DNA of 64,000 nucleotides from a bacterium (GTDB lineage Bacteria; JAAXHH01): NCBI GenBank assembly GCA_965203885.1, contig OZ241920.1, positions 3,231,970 to 3,295,969 of the forward strand, read 5' to 3'. Shown piece by piece: positions 53,677 to 64,000 of this stretch (position 1 is its first letter; each line of letters starts with the position of its first letter). The notes under the pieces were generated by a model. It saw only the letters and a program-made list of their open reading frames with translations, ran no database searches and was not told where the DNA came from. The position numbers and the translations under genes were made by a program.

Positions 53677-56529
53677 TTGGGCAGATTCAGATCATTACTC
53701 TTCATTGCGGCCGTCGTCGCGATCGGACTGTGGATCCTCAGCGGGTTCTGGGCCACCATATTCGTTGAAGCGCTCTGGTTCGACCAGCTGGGGTTCAACG
53801 ACGTGTTCTGGACGACGATCGGCGCCAAGTTCTTCACGGGACTGGTCTTCGGGCTGGTCGCGCTGGTCGGCCTCGGGGCGAACGTCTACCTGGCGCGGTA
53901 TTTCTCCACGCGCCTCACCGAACTGCACCTGTTCAACGAGGAAATGTCGGAACTCGAGCAGCTTTTTTCCTCGTCCAGGCTGATCGAGGTCGTGACGATC
54001 ATCGGCATCCTGGTCATTGCCGCCATCATGGGACTGATCGGCCTGGCCAACTGGGACGGCATGCTGCGTTTCTTCAACCAGGAGGCCTTCGGCGCCACGG
54101 ATCCCATATTCAATCTCGACATCGGCTTCTTCGTCTTCTCGCTGCCGATCTGGCATTTCGTCCGGTTCTGGCTGCTGCTCCTGGTCGTGGCCTCGGCGAT
54201 CGCCGTGACCCTGTACTACCTCTACCGCGGCGCCGTCACCATCGAGGAACGGGGCATACAGATCCGCTCCTACGCCAGGAACCACGTCTGCGTCCTCGGC
54301 GCCATCGTGTTCCTGCTCATGGCCTGGGGCTACCGGCTCGACATGTACCGCCTGCTCTTCTCCGAATCGGGGTTCGCCTTCGGAGCGGGGTATACGGACC
54401 TGCACGCCCGGATGTACGCCCTGTGGATCCTGCTCTTCGTGGCCGTCGGCTGCGCCGGGCTGTTCCTGATGACCCTCCGCTCCCAGCGCCGCAACCTGCC
54501 GTTCATCGCCATCGGCGGCATGATCGCCTCCTCCCTGGTCGTCGGTTCGGTCTATCCCGGCCTCGTCCAGTACTTCCTGGTGGCGCCCAATGAATACGAC
54601 CGGGAGGCGCCGTATATACAACACAGCATAAACTACACGCTGCAGGGGTACGGACTGGACAGCGTCGACGAGGTGCCCTTCCAGATCCAGGAGAACCTCA
54701 CGTCGGGAGACATCCAGTCCAACATCACGACCATCAACAACCTGAAGATCCAGGACAAGCGTCCGCTGCGCCGCACGTACCAGCAGCTCCAGGAGATACG
54801 GACTTACTACGATTTCTCCAACGTGGACGAGGACCGTTACCTGATCGACGGGCAGTACCGCCAGGTCATGCTGGCCGCCCGGGAGCTGTCCTACAACCAG
54901 ATCCCGTCGCCCACGTGGCAGAACCGGCACCTCTTCTACACCCACGGCTACGGCCTGTGCCTGAGTCCGGTGAACACGGCCACGCCCGAGGGCCTGCCGG
55001 ACCTCTTCGTCAAGGACATCCCGCCCGTTTCCATCAGCGAAGACCTTACGGTGCGGCGTCCGGAGCTGTACTTCGGCGAGAACATGGACGCCTACGCGGT
55101 CGTGAAGACCACGCAGGAGGAATTCGACTACCCGGAAGGCGACCAGAACAAGTTCAGCCGGTACGAGGACGACGGCGGGGTGGAGCTCAGCTCCTATTTC
55201 CGCCGCCTGGCCTTCGCCCGCTATTTCAGCGAGGCCAACTTCGTCATCAGCCCGCTGATCACGGAAGAAAGCCAGGTCATGTTCTACCGGCGCCTGCTGA
55301 GCCGGGTCGAGAACATCGCGCCTTTCCTGGACTATGACCACGACCCCTACCTCATCATCGCCGGCGGGAAGCTCTACTGGATGATCGACGCCTACACGAC
55401 GACCGGCTCCTATCCCTACTCGCAACGGTTCAGCGGGCTCCTGCAGATGCCGGACACGGGCGACATGGGCACCGGGCCGCAGTCGGATATCCCGGGCCTC
55501 AACCAGGCGCCGCAACGGCGGTTCGTCCAGAACCAGCCCACGCTGCAGAACATCAACTATATCCGCAATTCGGTGAAGGTGATCATCGACGCCTATTCGG
55601 GCGAGACCGACTTCTACCTGGTGGACGAAGAGGATCCGCTGGTGCTGACCTACCGGAAGATCTTCCCGTCGCTGTTCCGGCCGCTGAGCGAGATGCCGCA
55701 GACGTTGCGCGACCACATCCGCTATCCGCGCGACATGTTCGCCATCCAGGCGGCCATGTACCGTATCTACCACATGCGCAATCCCCAGGTGTTCTACAAC
55801 AAGGAGGACATGTGGGCGGTGCCCCAGCAATTCTACGGCGAGACGGAACAGCAGGTCTACCCGTACTACGCCGTGATGAAGACGGCCCAGATGGAAAAGG
55901 AGGAACTGCTCCTCCTGCTGCCCTTCACGCCGGCGGGCAAGGAGAACATGATCGGCTGGATGGCCGCCCACTGCGACGCGCCGCTCTACGGCCGGATCCA
56001 GGTCTACAACTTCCCGAAACAGGAACTGGTCTACGGTCCCATGCAGATCGAGGCGAGGATCACCCAGGACGCCGACATCGCGAAGGAGCTCACCCTGTGG
56101 AACCAGGAGGGCTCCCAGGTGATCCGGGGCGACATCATCGTCGTGCCCATACAGGAATCGCTGCTCTACATCGAGCCGCTGTACCTGCGGCAGCGGTCCA
56201 CCCGGGGCGGCCTGCCCGAACTCAAGCGCGTGATCGTCGCCTACGGCAATCGCATCGCCATGCGGGAGACGCTCGACCAGGCCCTGTCGACCATTTTCGC
56301 CTTCGACGGCGCGACCCTCGCCCTGGAGACAACCGAAACGAGCGACGGCCGGGTCGTGCCGCAGTCGCGGAGCGTGACCTTGAACGACCTGGCCCGGCGG
56401 GCGGTAACCCACTTCGACGAGGCGCAGAACCACCTCCAGGCGGGGGACTGGACCGAGTACGGCGCTTCGCTCGAGCAGCTGGAGAACGTGCTCCGGCGCC
56501 TGTCGGACGAGGCCGCCCAACTGGAGTAG
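53677..56529 (+). CDS. UPF0182-family large membrane protein
   Basis: 950 aa, N-terminal multi-TM region beginning ...FWATIFVEALWFDQLGFNDVFWT. Confidence 0.65.
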   Translation: MGRFRSLLFIAAVVAIGLWILSGFWATIFVEALWFDQLGFNDVFWTTIGAKFFTGLVFGLVALVGLGANVYLARYFSTRLTELHLFNEEMSELEQLFSSSRLIEVVTIIGILVIAAIMGLIGLANWDGMLRFFNQEAFGATDPIFNLDIGFFVFSLPIWHFVRFWLLLLVVASAIAVTLYYLYRGAVTIEERGIQIRSYARNHVCVLGAIVFLLMAWGYRLDMYRLLFSESGFAFGAGYTDLHARMYALWILLFVAVGCAGLFLMTLRSQRRNLPFIAIGGMIASSLVVGSVYPGLVQYFLVAPNEYDREAPYIQHSINYTLQGYGLDSVDEVPFQIQENLTSGDIQSNITTINNLKIQDKRPLRRTYQQLQEIRTYYDFSNVDEDRYLIDGQYRQVMLAARELSYNQIPSPTWQNRHLFYTHGYGLCLSPVNTATPEGLPDLFVKDIPPVSISEDLTVRRPELYFGENMDAYAVVKTTQEEFDYPEGDQNKFSRYEDDGGVELSSYFRRLAFARYFSEANFVISPLITEESQVMFYRRLLSRVENIAPFLDYDHDPYLIIAGGKLYWMIDAYTTTGSYPYSQRFSGLLQMPDTGDMGTGPQSDIPGLNQAPQRRFVQNQPTLQNINYIRNSVKVIIDAYSGETDFYLVDEEDPLVLTYRKIFPSLFRPLSEMPQTLRDHIRYPRDMFAIQAAMYRIYHMRNPQVFYNKEDMWAVPQQFYGETEQQVYPYYAVMKTAQMEKEELLLLLPFTPAGKENMIGWMAAHCDAPLYGRIQVYNFPKQELVYGPMQIEARITQDADIAKELTLWNQEGSQVIRGDIIVVPIQESLLYIEPLYLRQRSTRGGLPELKRVIVAYGNRIAMRETLDQALSTIFAFDGATLALETTETSDGRVVPQSRSVTLNDLARRAVTHFDEAQNHLQAGDWTEYGASLEQLENVLRRLSDEAAQLE

Positions 56530-56559
56530 GAACGGGTTGACCGCGGACCGGGGATTGTC

Positions 56560-57813
56560 ATGCCCGTTCAGACGCTCAGTTTTCCCAACGACCACGGCGA
56601 CCTGCTTGCCGCGCGGCTCAGCCTGCCGCCCGACGGCAGGCCGGTCGCCTACGCCCTCTTCGCCCACTGCTTCACCTGCAACCGGAACCTGAACGCCGTC
56701 CGGCGCATCAGCCAGGAGATGTCCGACCACGGGCTGGCCGTGCTGCAGTTCGATTTCACCGGCCTGGGCGACAGCGAAGGGGACTTCTCCGAAACCGGCT
56801 TCTCGTCCAACGTGGAAGACCTGGTCGCCGCGGCGAAGTACCTGGAGACCGAATACGACGCGCCGCAGGTCCTGATCGGGCACTCCCTCGGCGGCGCGGC
56901 TGTGCTCAAGGCCGCGGGTTCCATACCGGCCTGCAAGGCGGTGGTGACCATCGGGGCGCCGGCCGATCCGAAGCACGTGGCCCACCTGATCGGGGACGCC
57001 CGGGAGACCATCGAGCAGACGGGCCAGGCGACCGTCACCCTCGCCGGCCGTTCCTTCCTGATCAGGAAGCAGTTCCTGGACGACCTGGAAGAGACGCGGA
57101 TGGACGAGACGATCCGCGGACTGCGCCGCGCCCTGCTGGTGTGCCACTCCCCCATCGACCAGACGGTCGGGATCGACAACGCCGCCCGGATCTTCCAGGC
57201 CGCCCTCCATCCCAAGAGCTTCCTGTCCCTGGACAAGGCGGACCACCTGCTCTCGAACGAGGCCGACGCCTTCTACGTCGGACGGGCCGCCGCGGCCTGG
57301 GCGACGCGGTACCTGGACGTGCCCGCGGCGGGGGCCGGCGGACCCGGCCCTGGAGGGGCCAGGGGCGGCGGACCCGAAGCGGCGGGGAGCCAGGTGGTGG
57401 TGCGCACGGGCCGGGAACACTACTATACCGAAGTCGTGGCCTCGGGACACCGCCTGACCGTGGACGAACCCGAGTCGGTCGGGGGCACGGACCGCGGCGG
57501 GACGCCCTACGACCTGCTGCTCGGGGCCCTGGGCTCGTGCACGTCCATCACCCTGCGCATGTACGCCGACCGGAAGTCCTGGCCCCTCGAGGAGATCGTC
57601 GTCCGGCTCAGCCACGCGAAGATCCACGCCAGCCACTGCGAGACCTGCGAAACCACCGAGGGCAAGGTGGACCGCATCGAGCGGGAGATCGAGCTGACCG
57701 GCGACCTGTCCGATGAGCAGCGGGCGCGGCTCCTCGAAATCGCCGACCGCTGCCCCGTGCACCGGACCCTGCATTCCGAGATCGTGGTGGAAACCCGGCT
57801 GTATGAACCATGA
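56560..57813 (+). CDS. Bifunctional alpha/beta-hydrolase - OsmC/Ohr family fusion protein
   Basis: GHSLGG nucleophile elbow in the N-half. C-half has the OsmC-like pair of Cys (GSCTSITL ... CPVHRTL). Confidence 0.7.
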   Translation: MPVQTLSFPNDHGDLLAARLSLPPDGRPVAYALFAHCFTCNRNLNAVRRISQEMSDHGLAVLQFDFTGLGDSEGDFSETGFSSNVEDLVAAAKYLETEYDAPQVLIGHSLGGAAVLKAAGSIPACKAVVTIGAPADPKHVAHLIGDARETIEQTGQATVTLAGRSFLIRKQFLDDLEETRMDETIRGLRRALLVCHSPIDQTVGIDNAARIFQAALHPKSFLSLDKADHLLSNEADAFYVGRAAAAWATRYLDVPAAGAGGPGPGGARGGGPEAAGSQVVVRTGREHYYTEVVASGHRLTVDEPESVGGTDRGGTPYDLLLGALGSCTSITLRMYADRKSWPLEEIVVRLSHAKIHASHCETCETTEGKVDRIEREIELTGDLSDEQRARLLEIADRCPVHRTLHSEIVVETRLYEP

Positions 57814-57903
57814 AACGACGATGGTCCAGCCGGTCACCGTGTGGCTGCCCGGGTGATCAGAACACGATGCCGGCCAACACATGAAAGCGCCGTTTTTAAG
57901 CCC

Positions 57904-58500
57904 ATGAACTACCTGGCCCACCTGTACTTCGCCGATGACACGCCCGAGTCCCGCGTGGGGAACCTGATGGCCGATTTCGTCCGGGGACCCGTGGAAAGGC
58001 AGCCGTACAACGGCGCGGTCATGCGGGGCATGCGCAGTCACGTGGCCGTGGACCGGTACACCGACGGCCACGACGTGGTCCGCGAGAGCAAGGCGCTCAT
58101 CAGCGGGGGCCGCCGGCGGTTCGCCGGGATCATCGTGGACGTCTGCTACGACCATTTCCTGGCCCGGAACTGGTCCGAGTACTCGGACGTGCCGCTATCC
58201 GAATTCATCGACCGGACCTACGGGTCCCTCAGCGCCTACCGGGGCGAGATGCCGCCGGTCCTGTCGCGGGTGATCCAACACATGGTGAGAAACGACTGGC
58301 TGCGGGGCTACCGTGAAACGTCGGGCATCGGGCGGGCGCTGGACGGCCTGTCCATGCGCCTGCGGCGGCCCAACACGCTGGCGGGATCGGTGGAGGAACT
58401 CGAAGCCAACTACGGCGCAATGGAAGGCCACTTCCTGCGGTTCTTCCCGGACCTGGTCCGGCACATGGAGAGGCGCGAGGAAAGGCGCGAGGATGGGTAA
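57904..58500 (+). CDS. acpH: Acyl carrier protein phosphodiesterase
   Basis: MNYLAHLYFADDTPESRVGNLMADFVRG aligns with the E. coli AcpH N-terminus MNFLAHLHLA...GNLLADFVRG. Confidence 0.65.
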   Translation: MNYLAHLYFADDTPESRVGNLMADFVRGPVERQPYNGAVMRGMRSHVAVDRYTDGHDVVRESKALISGGRRRFAGIIVDVCYDHFLARNWSEYSDVPLSEFIDRTYGSLSAYRGEMPPVLSRVIQHMVRNDWLRGYRETSGIGRALDGLSMRLRRPNTLAGSVEELEANYGAMEGHFLRFFPDLVRHMERREERREDG

Positions 58501-58523
58501 CCAAATAGAGATGAGGCGGCGCG

Positions 58524-59654
58524 ATGGGTAACCACTACGACGTCATCGTCGTCGGCATCGGCGCCATGGGCTCGGCCACGTGCTGCCACCTGGCCGGCCG
58601 GGGCGCGAAGGTCCTCGGCCTGGAGCGCTTCGACCTGCCCCACGCCCAGGGCAGTTCCCACGGCTATTCCCGCCACACGAAGACGGCGGTGTACGTGGAC
58701 ACGCCCTACGAACCCTTCATCGGGCGGTCCTTCGAGCTCTGGCGGCTCCTCGAGGGCGAGACCGGCCAGCAGATCCTGGTGACGACCGGCTACCTGCGCA
58801 TGGCCGATACCGGCACGTGGGACCATTTGAAGGGCAAAGTCCGGCACGAGGTGCTGACCGCCGACGAAGTGGCCTACCGGTATCCGCAGTTCACGTTGAC
58901 GTCCGACTACCACGGCCTGTACGATCCGGTCGGCGGACTCCTGCGGCCGGAACTGGGCATCGCGAGCCACATCATCCAGGCACTGCGGCGCGGCGCCGAG
59001 ATCCATGGCCGCGAGGCCGTGACCGGGTGGAAGGAAACCGCCGAGTGCGTGGAAGTCGAGACCGATCGCGGCCGTTACAGCGCGGACCAGGTGGTTTTCA
59101 CGGGCGGTTCGTGGACCGCCCCGCTGATCGCGGATCTGGGCATATCCATGACCGTTACCCGCCAGCCCCTGGCCTGGGTGTGGCCCGCGCGGAACGCGGC
59201 CTCCTTCGACGTGGGCGCGCTGCCCATCTGGCAGATCCCCGCGCCTGAATACGACGGCGAGTACTACGGATTCCCCATGATGCCGGACCATCCGGGGTTC
59301 AAGCTGGCGCTGCACAGGTACGGCGAGGCGTCCGATCCGGACAACCTGGACCGGAGCGCCCGTCCCGAAGACGAGGAGGAGGTGCGGGGTTGCCTGCGCC
59401 GCTACATCCCCGACGCCGACGGACCGCTCACCGCCATGCGGATCTGCATGTATACACGCACGGCGGACGACATGCCCGTGCTCGACCGGCACCCCGCGTA
59501 TGACCGCGTGACCGTGGGCTGCGGCTTCAGCGGGACCGGCTTCAAGTTCTCCTGCACCTTCGGCGAATGGCTGGCCGAGACTGCGCTGGGGCAGCAGACT
59601 ACGATCGAGAACGAGGCCTTTCGATTCGCGCGACTGCTCGGGGACGCGGCCTGA
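58524..59654 (+). CDS. FAD-dependent N-methyl-L-tryptophan oxidase / monomeric sarcosine oxidase family (SolA/MTOX-like)
   Basis: YDVIVVGIGAMGSATCCHLA dinucleotide fold and C-terminal LSGHGFKF-like GTGFKFS segment. Confidence 0.7.
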   Translation: MGNHYDVIVVGIGAMGSATCCHLAGRGAKVLGLERFDLPHAQGSSHGYSRHTKTAVYVDTPYEPFIGRSFELWRLLEGETGQQILVTTGYLRMADTGTWDHLKGKVRHEVLTADEVAYRYPQFTLTSDYHGLYDPVGGLLRPELGIASHIIQALRRGAEIHGREAVTGWKETAECVEVETDRGRYSADQVVFTGGSWTAPLIADLGISMTVTRQPLAWVWPARNAASFDVGALPIWQIPAPEYDGEYYGFPMMPDHPGFKLALHRYGEASDPDNLDRSARPEDEEEVRGCLRRYIPDADGPLTAMRICMYTRTADDMPVLDRHPAYDRVTVGCGFSGTGFKFSCTFGEWLAETALGQQTTIENEAFRFARLLGDAA

Positions 59655-59697
59655 ATCATATCTTCGACCCACATCCTGATTAACAGGAGCGACCATC

Positions 59698-60489
59698 ATG
59701 CATACCCGGATCACCGAAGACCAGTGGGAGGTATTCGAAAAACAGGGCTACCTTCGTCTCGGCAGCGTGATGGAACCGGGCGAGCTCGAGCGGCTCCAGG
59801 AGCGCATCGACGATATCATGCTGGGCCGGGCCGACATCGACTACGGCCGGGTCATGATGCAGCTCGACCGGGACCCGGAGCGCGGGGGCGACAGGCCCGG
59901 ACCGCAGAGCAGGGGGCACAAGGGGGCCACGCTGGGATACCGAAAGATCCAGGATCTGGAGATCGACTCCGTGTACCTGTCCTTCATGCAGAAACCGGTC
60001 TTCGAGGAGATCTGCGGGAGGGTCTACGGTCCCGAAACGCCCGTGGCCTGCTTCCGGGCGATGTTCATGAACAAGCCCAGCGGCGAAGGCACGCCGCTCG
60101 TATGGCACCAGGACCGGTGGACCGACCTGGACCGCGACCCGCTCGTCACGCTGTGGACGGCGCTGGACGACGCCGTCGAGGCGAACGGCTGCGTCAAGAT
60201 CATCCCGGGTTCCCACCGCCGGCTCATCAACCCGAGCCACGGTTCCGGGTTCCTGACCGACGAGCAGGCGGCGGAGGTGGTGGCGGAAAACGAACCCGTC
60301 AACATGGAGGTCGCGCGCGGCGAAACCGTGCTGATGCACAACTGGATGCTGCACAGCTCCGGGACGAACAGCACCGACACGGCGCGGCGCGCCTTCAGCA
60401 TATGCTTCATGGAGGCGGCGACCCGGTCCCGGGCGGGGCACGACTTCCCGGTCATCTTCGGCGAAGGGGCGCTGAGTCCGGCAGTGTAG
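59698..60489 (+). CDS. PhyH-family Fe(II)/2OG dioxygenase (fourth paralogue)
   Basis: VWHQDRW (HxD), distal His in GSHRR. Confidence 0.7.
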   Translation: MHTRITEDQWEVFEKQGYLRLGSVMEPGELERLQERIDDIMLGRADIDYGRVMMQLDRDPERGGDRPGPQSRGHKGATLGYRKIQDLEIDSVYLSFMQKPVFEEICGRVYGPETPVACFRAMFMNKPSGEGTPLVWHQDRWTDLDRDPLVTLWTALDDAVEANGCVKIIPGSHRRLINPSHGSGFLTDEQAAEVVAENEPVNMEVARGETVLMHNWMLHSSGTNSTDTARRAFSICFMEAATRSRAGHDFPVIFGEGALSPAV

Positions 60490-60584
60490 GGTGGTTATCG
60501 CGAGTCCGGCGCTGTAGGAAAGGCCGTAACCAGCCGCAACCAGCCGTAACAATCTACCAAGGATCGAGAGAGAGGAATGCTCCC

Positions 60585-61412
60585 ATGGTTTTCACGAGAA
60601 AGCACATCCTGGCCGGCATCTGCGCGGTCGCGCTGATCCTGTCGGGCTGCGGATCCGCGTCGGAAACATCCCGCCCGACCCTGCTCGACCAGATCAAGCA
60701 GCGCGGGACCATACGCGTCGGGGTGTCTACCTTCGTCCCCTGGGCGATGCGTAACAAGCAGGGCGAGCTGGTCGGTTTCGAGATCGACGTGGCCAACCGG
60801 CTGGCGTCCGACTCGGGACTGGAGATCGAGTTCATCCCCACGGCCTGGGACGGGATCATCCCCGGACTCCTGGCCGGCAAGTTCGACGTGATCATCGCCG
60901 GGATGTCCATCACTCCGCCGCGCAACCTGAGCGTGAACTTCACCCGGCCCTATTCCCACTCGGAACTGCTCCTGGCCGCCGGCAGGGACAAGGCGGGCCA
61001 TCTCGTCGACAGGGAGGACTACGACAGCGCCGACGTGACCATCGCGGTGCGCCGCGGCTCGACCTCGGTCCAGGCCGCGCGCAAGAACTTCCCCGGCGCG
61101 ACCATCCAGCAGTTCGACGACGACATCCTCGCCTTCCAGGAGGTGCTGAACGGCAACGCGGAAGCGGTGATCGCCTCTTCGCCCAAACCGGAACACGAGG
61201 TCCTGCGCAACAGCGACCGGCTGTTCATCCCGTTCGACGAACCCCTGGACCGCGGCGCCGAGGCCATCGCGATCCGCCAGGGCGAATCGGACGCCCTGAA
61301 TTTCTTCGACAACTGGATCCTGCTGCGGACCGAGGACGGGTGGCTGAAGGAACGGCGGGATTACTGGTTCAAGACGCTGGACTGGGAGGACGACGTGGCG
61401 CCGGACCAGTAG
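60585..61412 (+). CDS. Family-3 (amino-acid/polar) ABC-type periplasmic substrate-binding lipoprotein
   Basis: Lipobox ILSGC. SBP_bac_3-like TIRVGVS...FIPTAWDGIIPGLLAGKFDVIIAGMSIT. ATG at 60585; the 287-aa upstream part of the track ORF is an artefact. Confidence 0.75.
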   Translation: MVFTRKHILAGICAVALILSGCGSASETSRPTLLDQIKQRGTIRVGVSTFVPWAMRNKQGELVGFEIDVANRLASDSGLEIEFIPTAWDGIIPGLLAGKFDVIIAGMSITPPRNLSVNFTRPYSHSELLLAAGRDKAGHLVDREDYDSADVTIAVRRGSTSVQAARKNFPGATIQQFDDDILAFQEVLNGNAEAVIASSPKPEHEVLRNSDRLFIPFDEPLDRGAEAIAIRQGESDALNFFDNWILLRTEDGWLKERRDYWFKTLDWEDDVAPDQ

Positions 61413-61513
61413 GAGGCACCTGGCAGAGCGTGTTTTCCGGGGACTCGAAAACTGGCGGGACCGGGTTTTTCGGAGGATTTAAACATCCGGGTTAGAACTT
61501 GCTGTTGATGTAC

Positions 61514-61840
61514 TCAGGCTTCGATGCTGAGTCGTCCCGGTCGTCCTGTTCTGGACTCCCGGATAATGATGTCGATGTCGCGCCCCAGTGCAATTAAGAG
61601 ACGGAACAGCCGTTCCATCGAGTATTCCTGAAAGTCCCCTCGCATCAGCCGTGAAACATCAGGTTGCGACAGCCCCATCAGTTTCGCTGCTTCGACCTGT
61701 TTAAGGCCGCGCTGGCGAATGATCCTGTCGATCCGCGTCACCAATTCCGCTTTGAGCAGATGCGCGTCGGCATCCGGCAATCCCAGATCAGCGAAGACGT
61801 TCCCGCTGCCGCGTTCGATCTTTATGTCTTGGGATTTCAT
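61514..61840 (-). CDS. higA: HigA-type XRE-family antitoxin
   Basis: HTH LKQVEAAKLMGLSQPDVSRLMRG. Overlaps the toxin stop. Confidence 0.7.
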   Translation of the reverse strand: MKSQDIKIERGSGNVFADLGLPDADAHLLKAELVTRIDRIIRQRGLKQVEAAKLMGLSQPDVSRLMRGDFQEYSMERLFRLLIALGRDIDIIIRESRTGRPGRLSIEA

Positions 61841-62214
61841 CAGCCTTCCTCCTCTTCATAGTATAAACGGTAATGCTGCTCAGCGATTTTCAGTCTGTTC
61901 CTGATCAGATCGAGATCGGGCTTAGGAGTTGCGATGCCTCGCTTGGATTTCTTCTTTACAGCATGCAGCACGTAGACTACTCCGCTGAACCTGACAGTGT
62001 AGACCGCTCGAAAAGTATCGCCGTCGTAACGGGAAATCACTTCTATGACGTTGTTGTCCAGCCCTTTAAGGAATTTGGCGTTTCGGTAACTGAACCCAGC
62101 CTGAGCCTGATAGAGCGCAAAGCCAATCTTGCTACGCACCGATTTTGGAAACGCTCTAAGGTCGGACTTACTGGAGCCAACCCATTCGATAGGTTTAAGT
62201 ATCCGTGTTGTCAT
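61840..62214 (-). CDS. higB: HigB/Gp49-like (RelE/ParE superfamily) toxin
   Basis: DUF891/gp49-like KGLDNNVIEVISRYDGDTFRAVYTVRFSGVVYVLHAVKKKS. Start at MTTRIL (62214); the upstream extension is rejected. AT-rich local composition. Confidence 0.65.
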   Translation of the reverse strand: MTTRILKPIEWVGSSKSDLRAFPKSVRSKIGFALYQAQAGFSYRNAKFLKGLDNNVIEVISRYDGDTFRAVYTVRFSGVVYVLHAVKKKSKRGIATPKPDLDLIRNRLKIAEQHYRLYYEEEEG

Positions 62215-62553
62215 TTCTATGATAGTGAATCCACCATATCTGCACAAGTTTTTCTGGACGCTGAACTTTGAACGCGATTTCGACTAAACCATGTGAAACG
62301 GGTAACTTTTTCACAACAAGTCAGTCCATGTAGTTCGTGGCAAGCCCCCGAATTACCGCTTGACATCACCCCTTCTCCTGCATATCTGGTACATGGCAAA
62401 ATTGACGAAAAACCCGCCTGAATCTCGAAACGGATTTCGGCGGTCGGCATGGCCGGAGCGGCTGGCGTGCTCGAATCAGTTTGAGCGACCAGAGCAGACT
62501 GAGCAGCCCGACCGGCCCTAGCGCCCGGAGCAGACTGAGCGGAGCCAATTTCC

Positions 62554-63939
<1,386 letters not shown>

Positions 63940-63957
<18 letters not shown>

Positions 63958-64000
63958 CGCGGTAACAATTACCCCGAACGCGGTAACGATTACCCCGAAC
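63940..64000. repeat. Tandem repeats GGTAACGC x2 then GCGGTAACNATTACCCCGAAC x2 (truncated by the window end), overlapping the cysS stop codon
   Basis: gaggtaacgcggtaacgcggtaacaattaccccgaacgcggtaacgattaccccgaac. Each long unit holds the imperfect palindrome GGTAAcaaTTACC. Confidence 0.8.

Noticed and set aside
59724-61412. 562-aa track ORF spanning the PhyH gene region and the SBP gene
   Set aside because: The first 287 codons read an alternative frame through the PhyH gene and are Arg/Gly-rich with no domains. The real gene starts at the ATG at 60585, with a lipoprotein signal and a GAGG Shine-Dalgarno.

Overview
This is a 64 kb segment of a high-GC (about 65-68%) bacterial chromosome. It is densely coded, with about 55 protein genes on both strands. 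I found no rRNA, tRNA, CRISPR array, transposase or integrase.

The housekeeping and catabolic content includes lexA-imuA, an Lhr helicase, murD, cysS, tkt, a class I fba, hbd, an FGGY kinase, a GH32 hydrolase, four PhyH-family dioxygenase paralogues, an M20/AbgB-like peptidase, an M24 peptidase and a SolA/MTOX-like oxidase. Toxin-antitoxin modules and nucleases are unusually dense: HicAB, VapBC, HigBA, an orphan HigA, Fic, a Cho-like GIY-YIG nuclease and a PolB-like DEDDy exonuclease.

The items most worth a second look are:
- a roughly 1550-aa lipoprotein that fuses a Pro/Thr linker, a Big_2 domain, three plant-type LRR modules and a C-terminal metzincin-like HExxHxxxxxH protease domain;
- a candidate quinol-linked module made of an octaheme HAO-family cytochrome c lipoprotein, a NapC/NrfH-type tetrahaem cytochrome and a small membrane protein, embedded in tandem repeats;
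- two paralogous ABC exporters that each carry an N-terminal PH-like plus zinc-ribbon domain, followed by a DUF1854-like protein;
- a recurrent pattern of short tandem or near-tandem duplications sitting exactly on stop codons and gene boundaries, plus in-frame duplications inside housekeeping enzymes;
- several AT-rich islands (HicAB-ATPase, Fic, HigBA, VapB upstream) carrying iterated GTAC-containing motifs.

CDS coordinates follow the supplied ORF track, with start codons re-chosen by offset. Coordinates of repeats and regulatory motifs were read by eye and may be off by a few bases.
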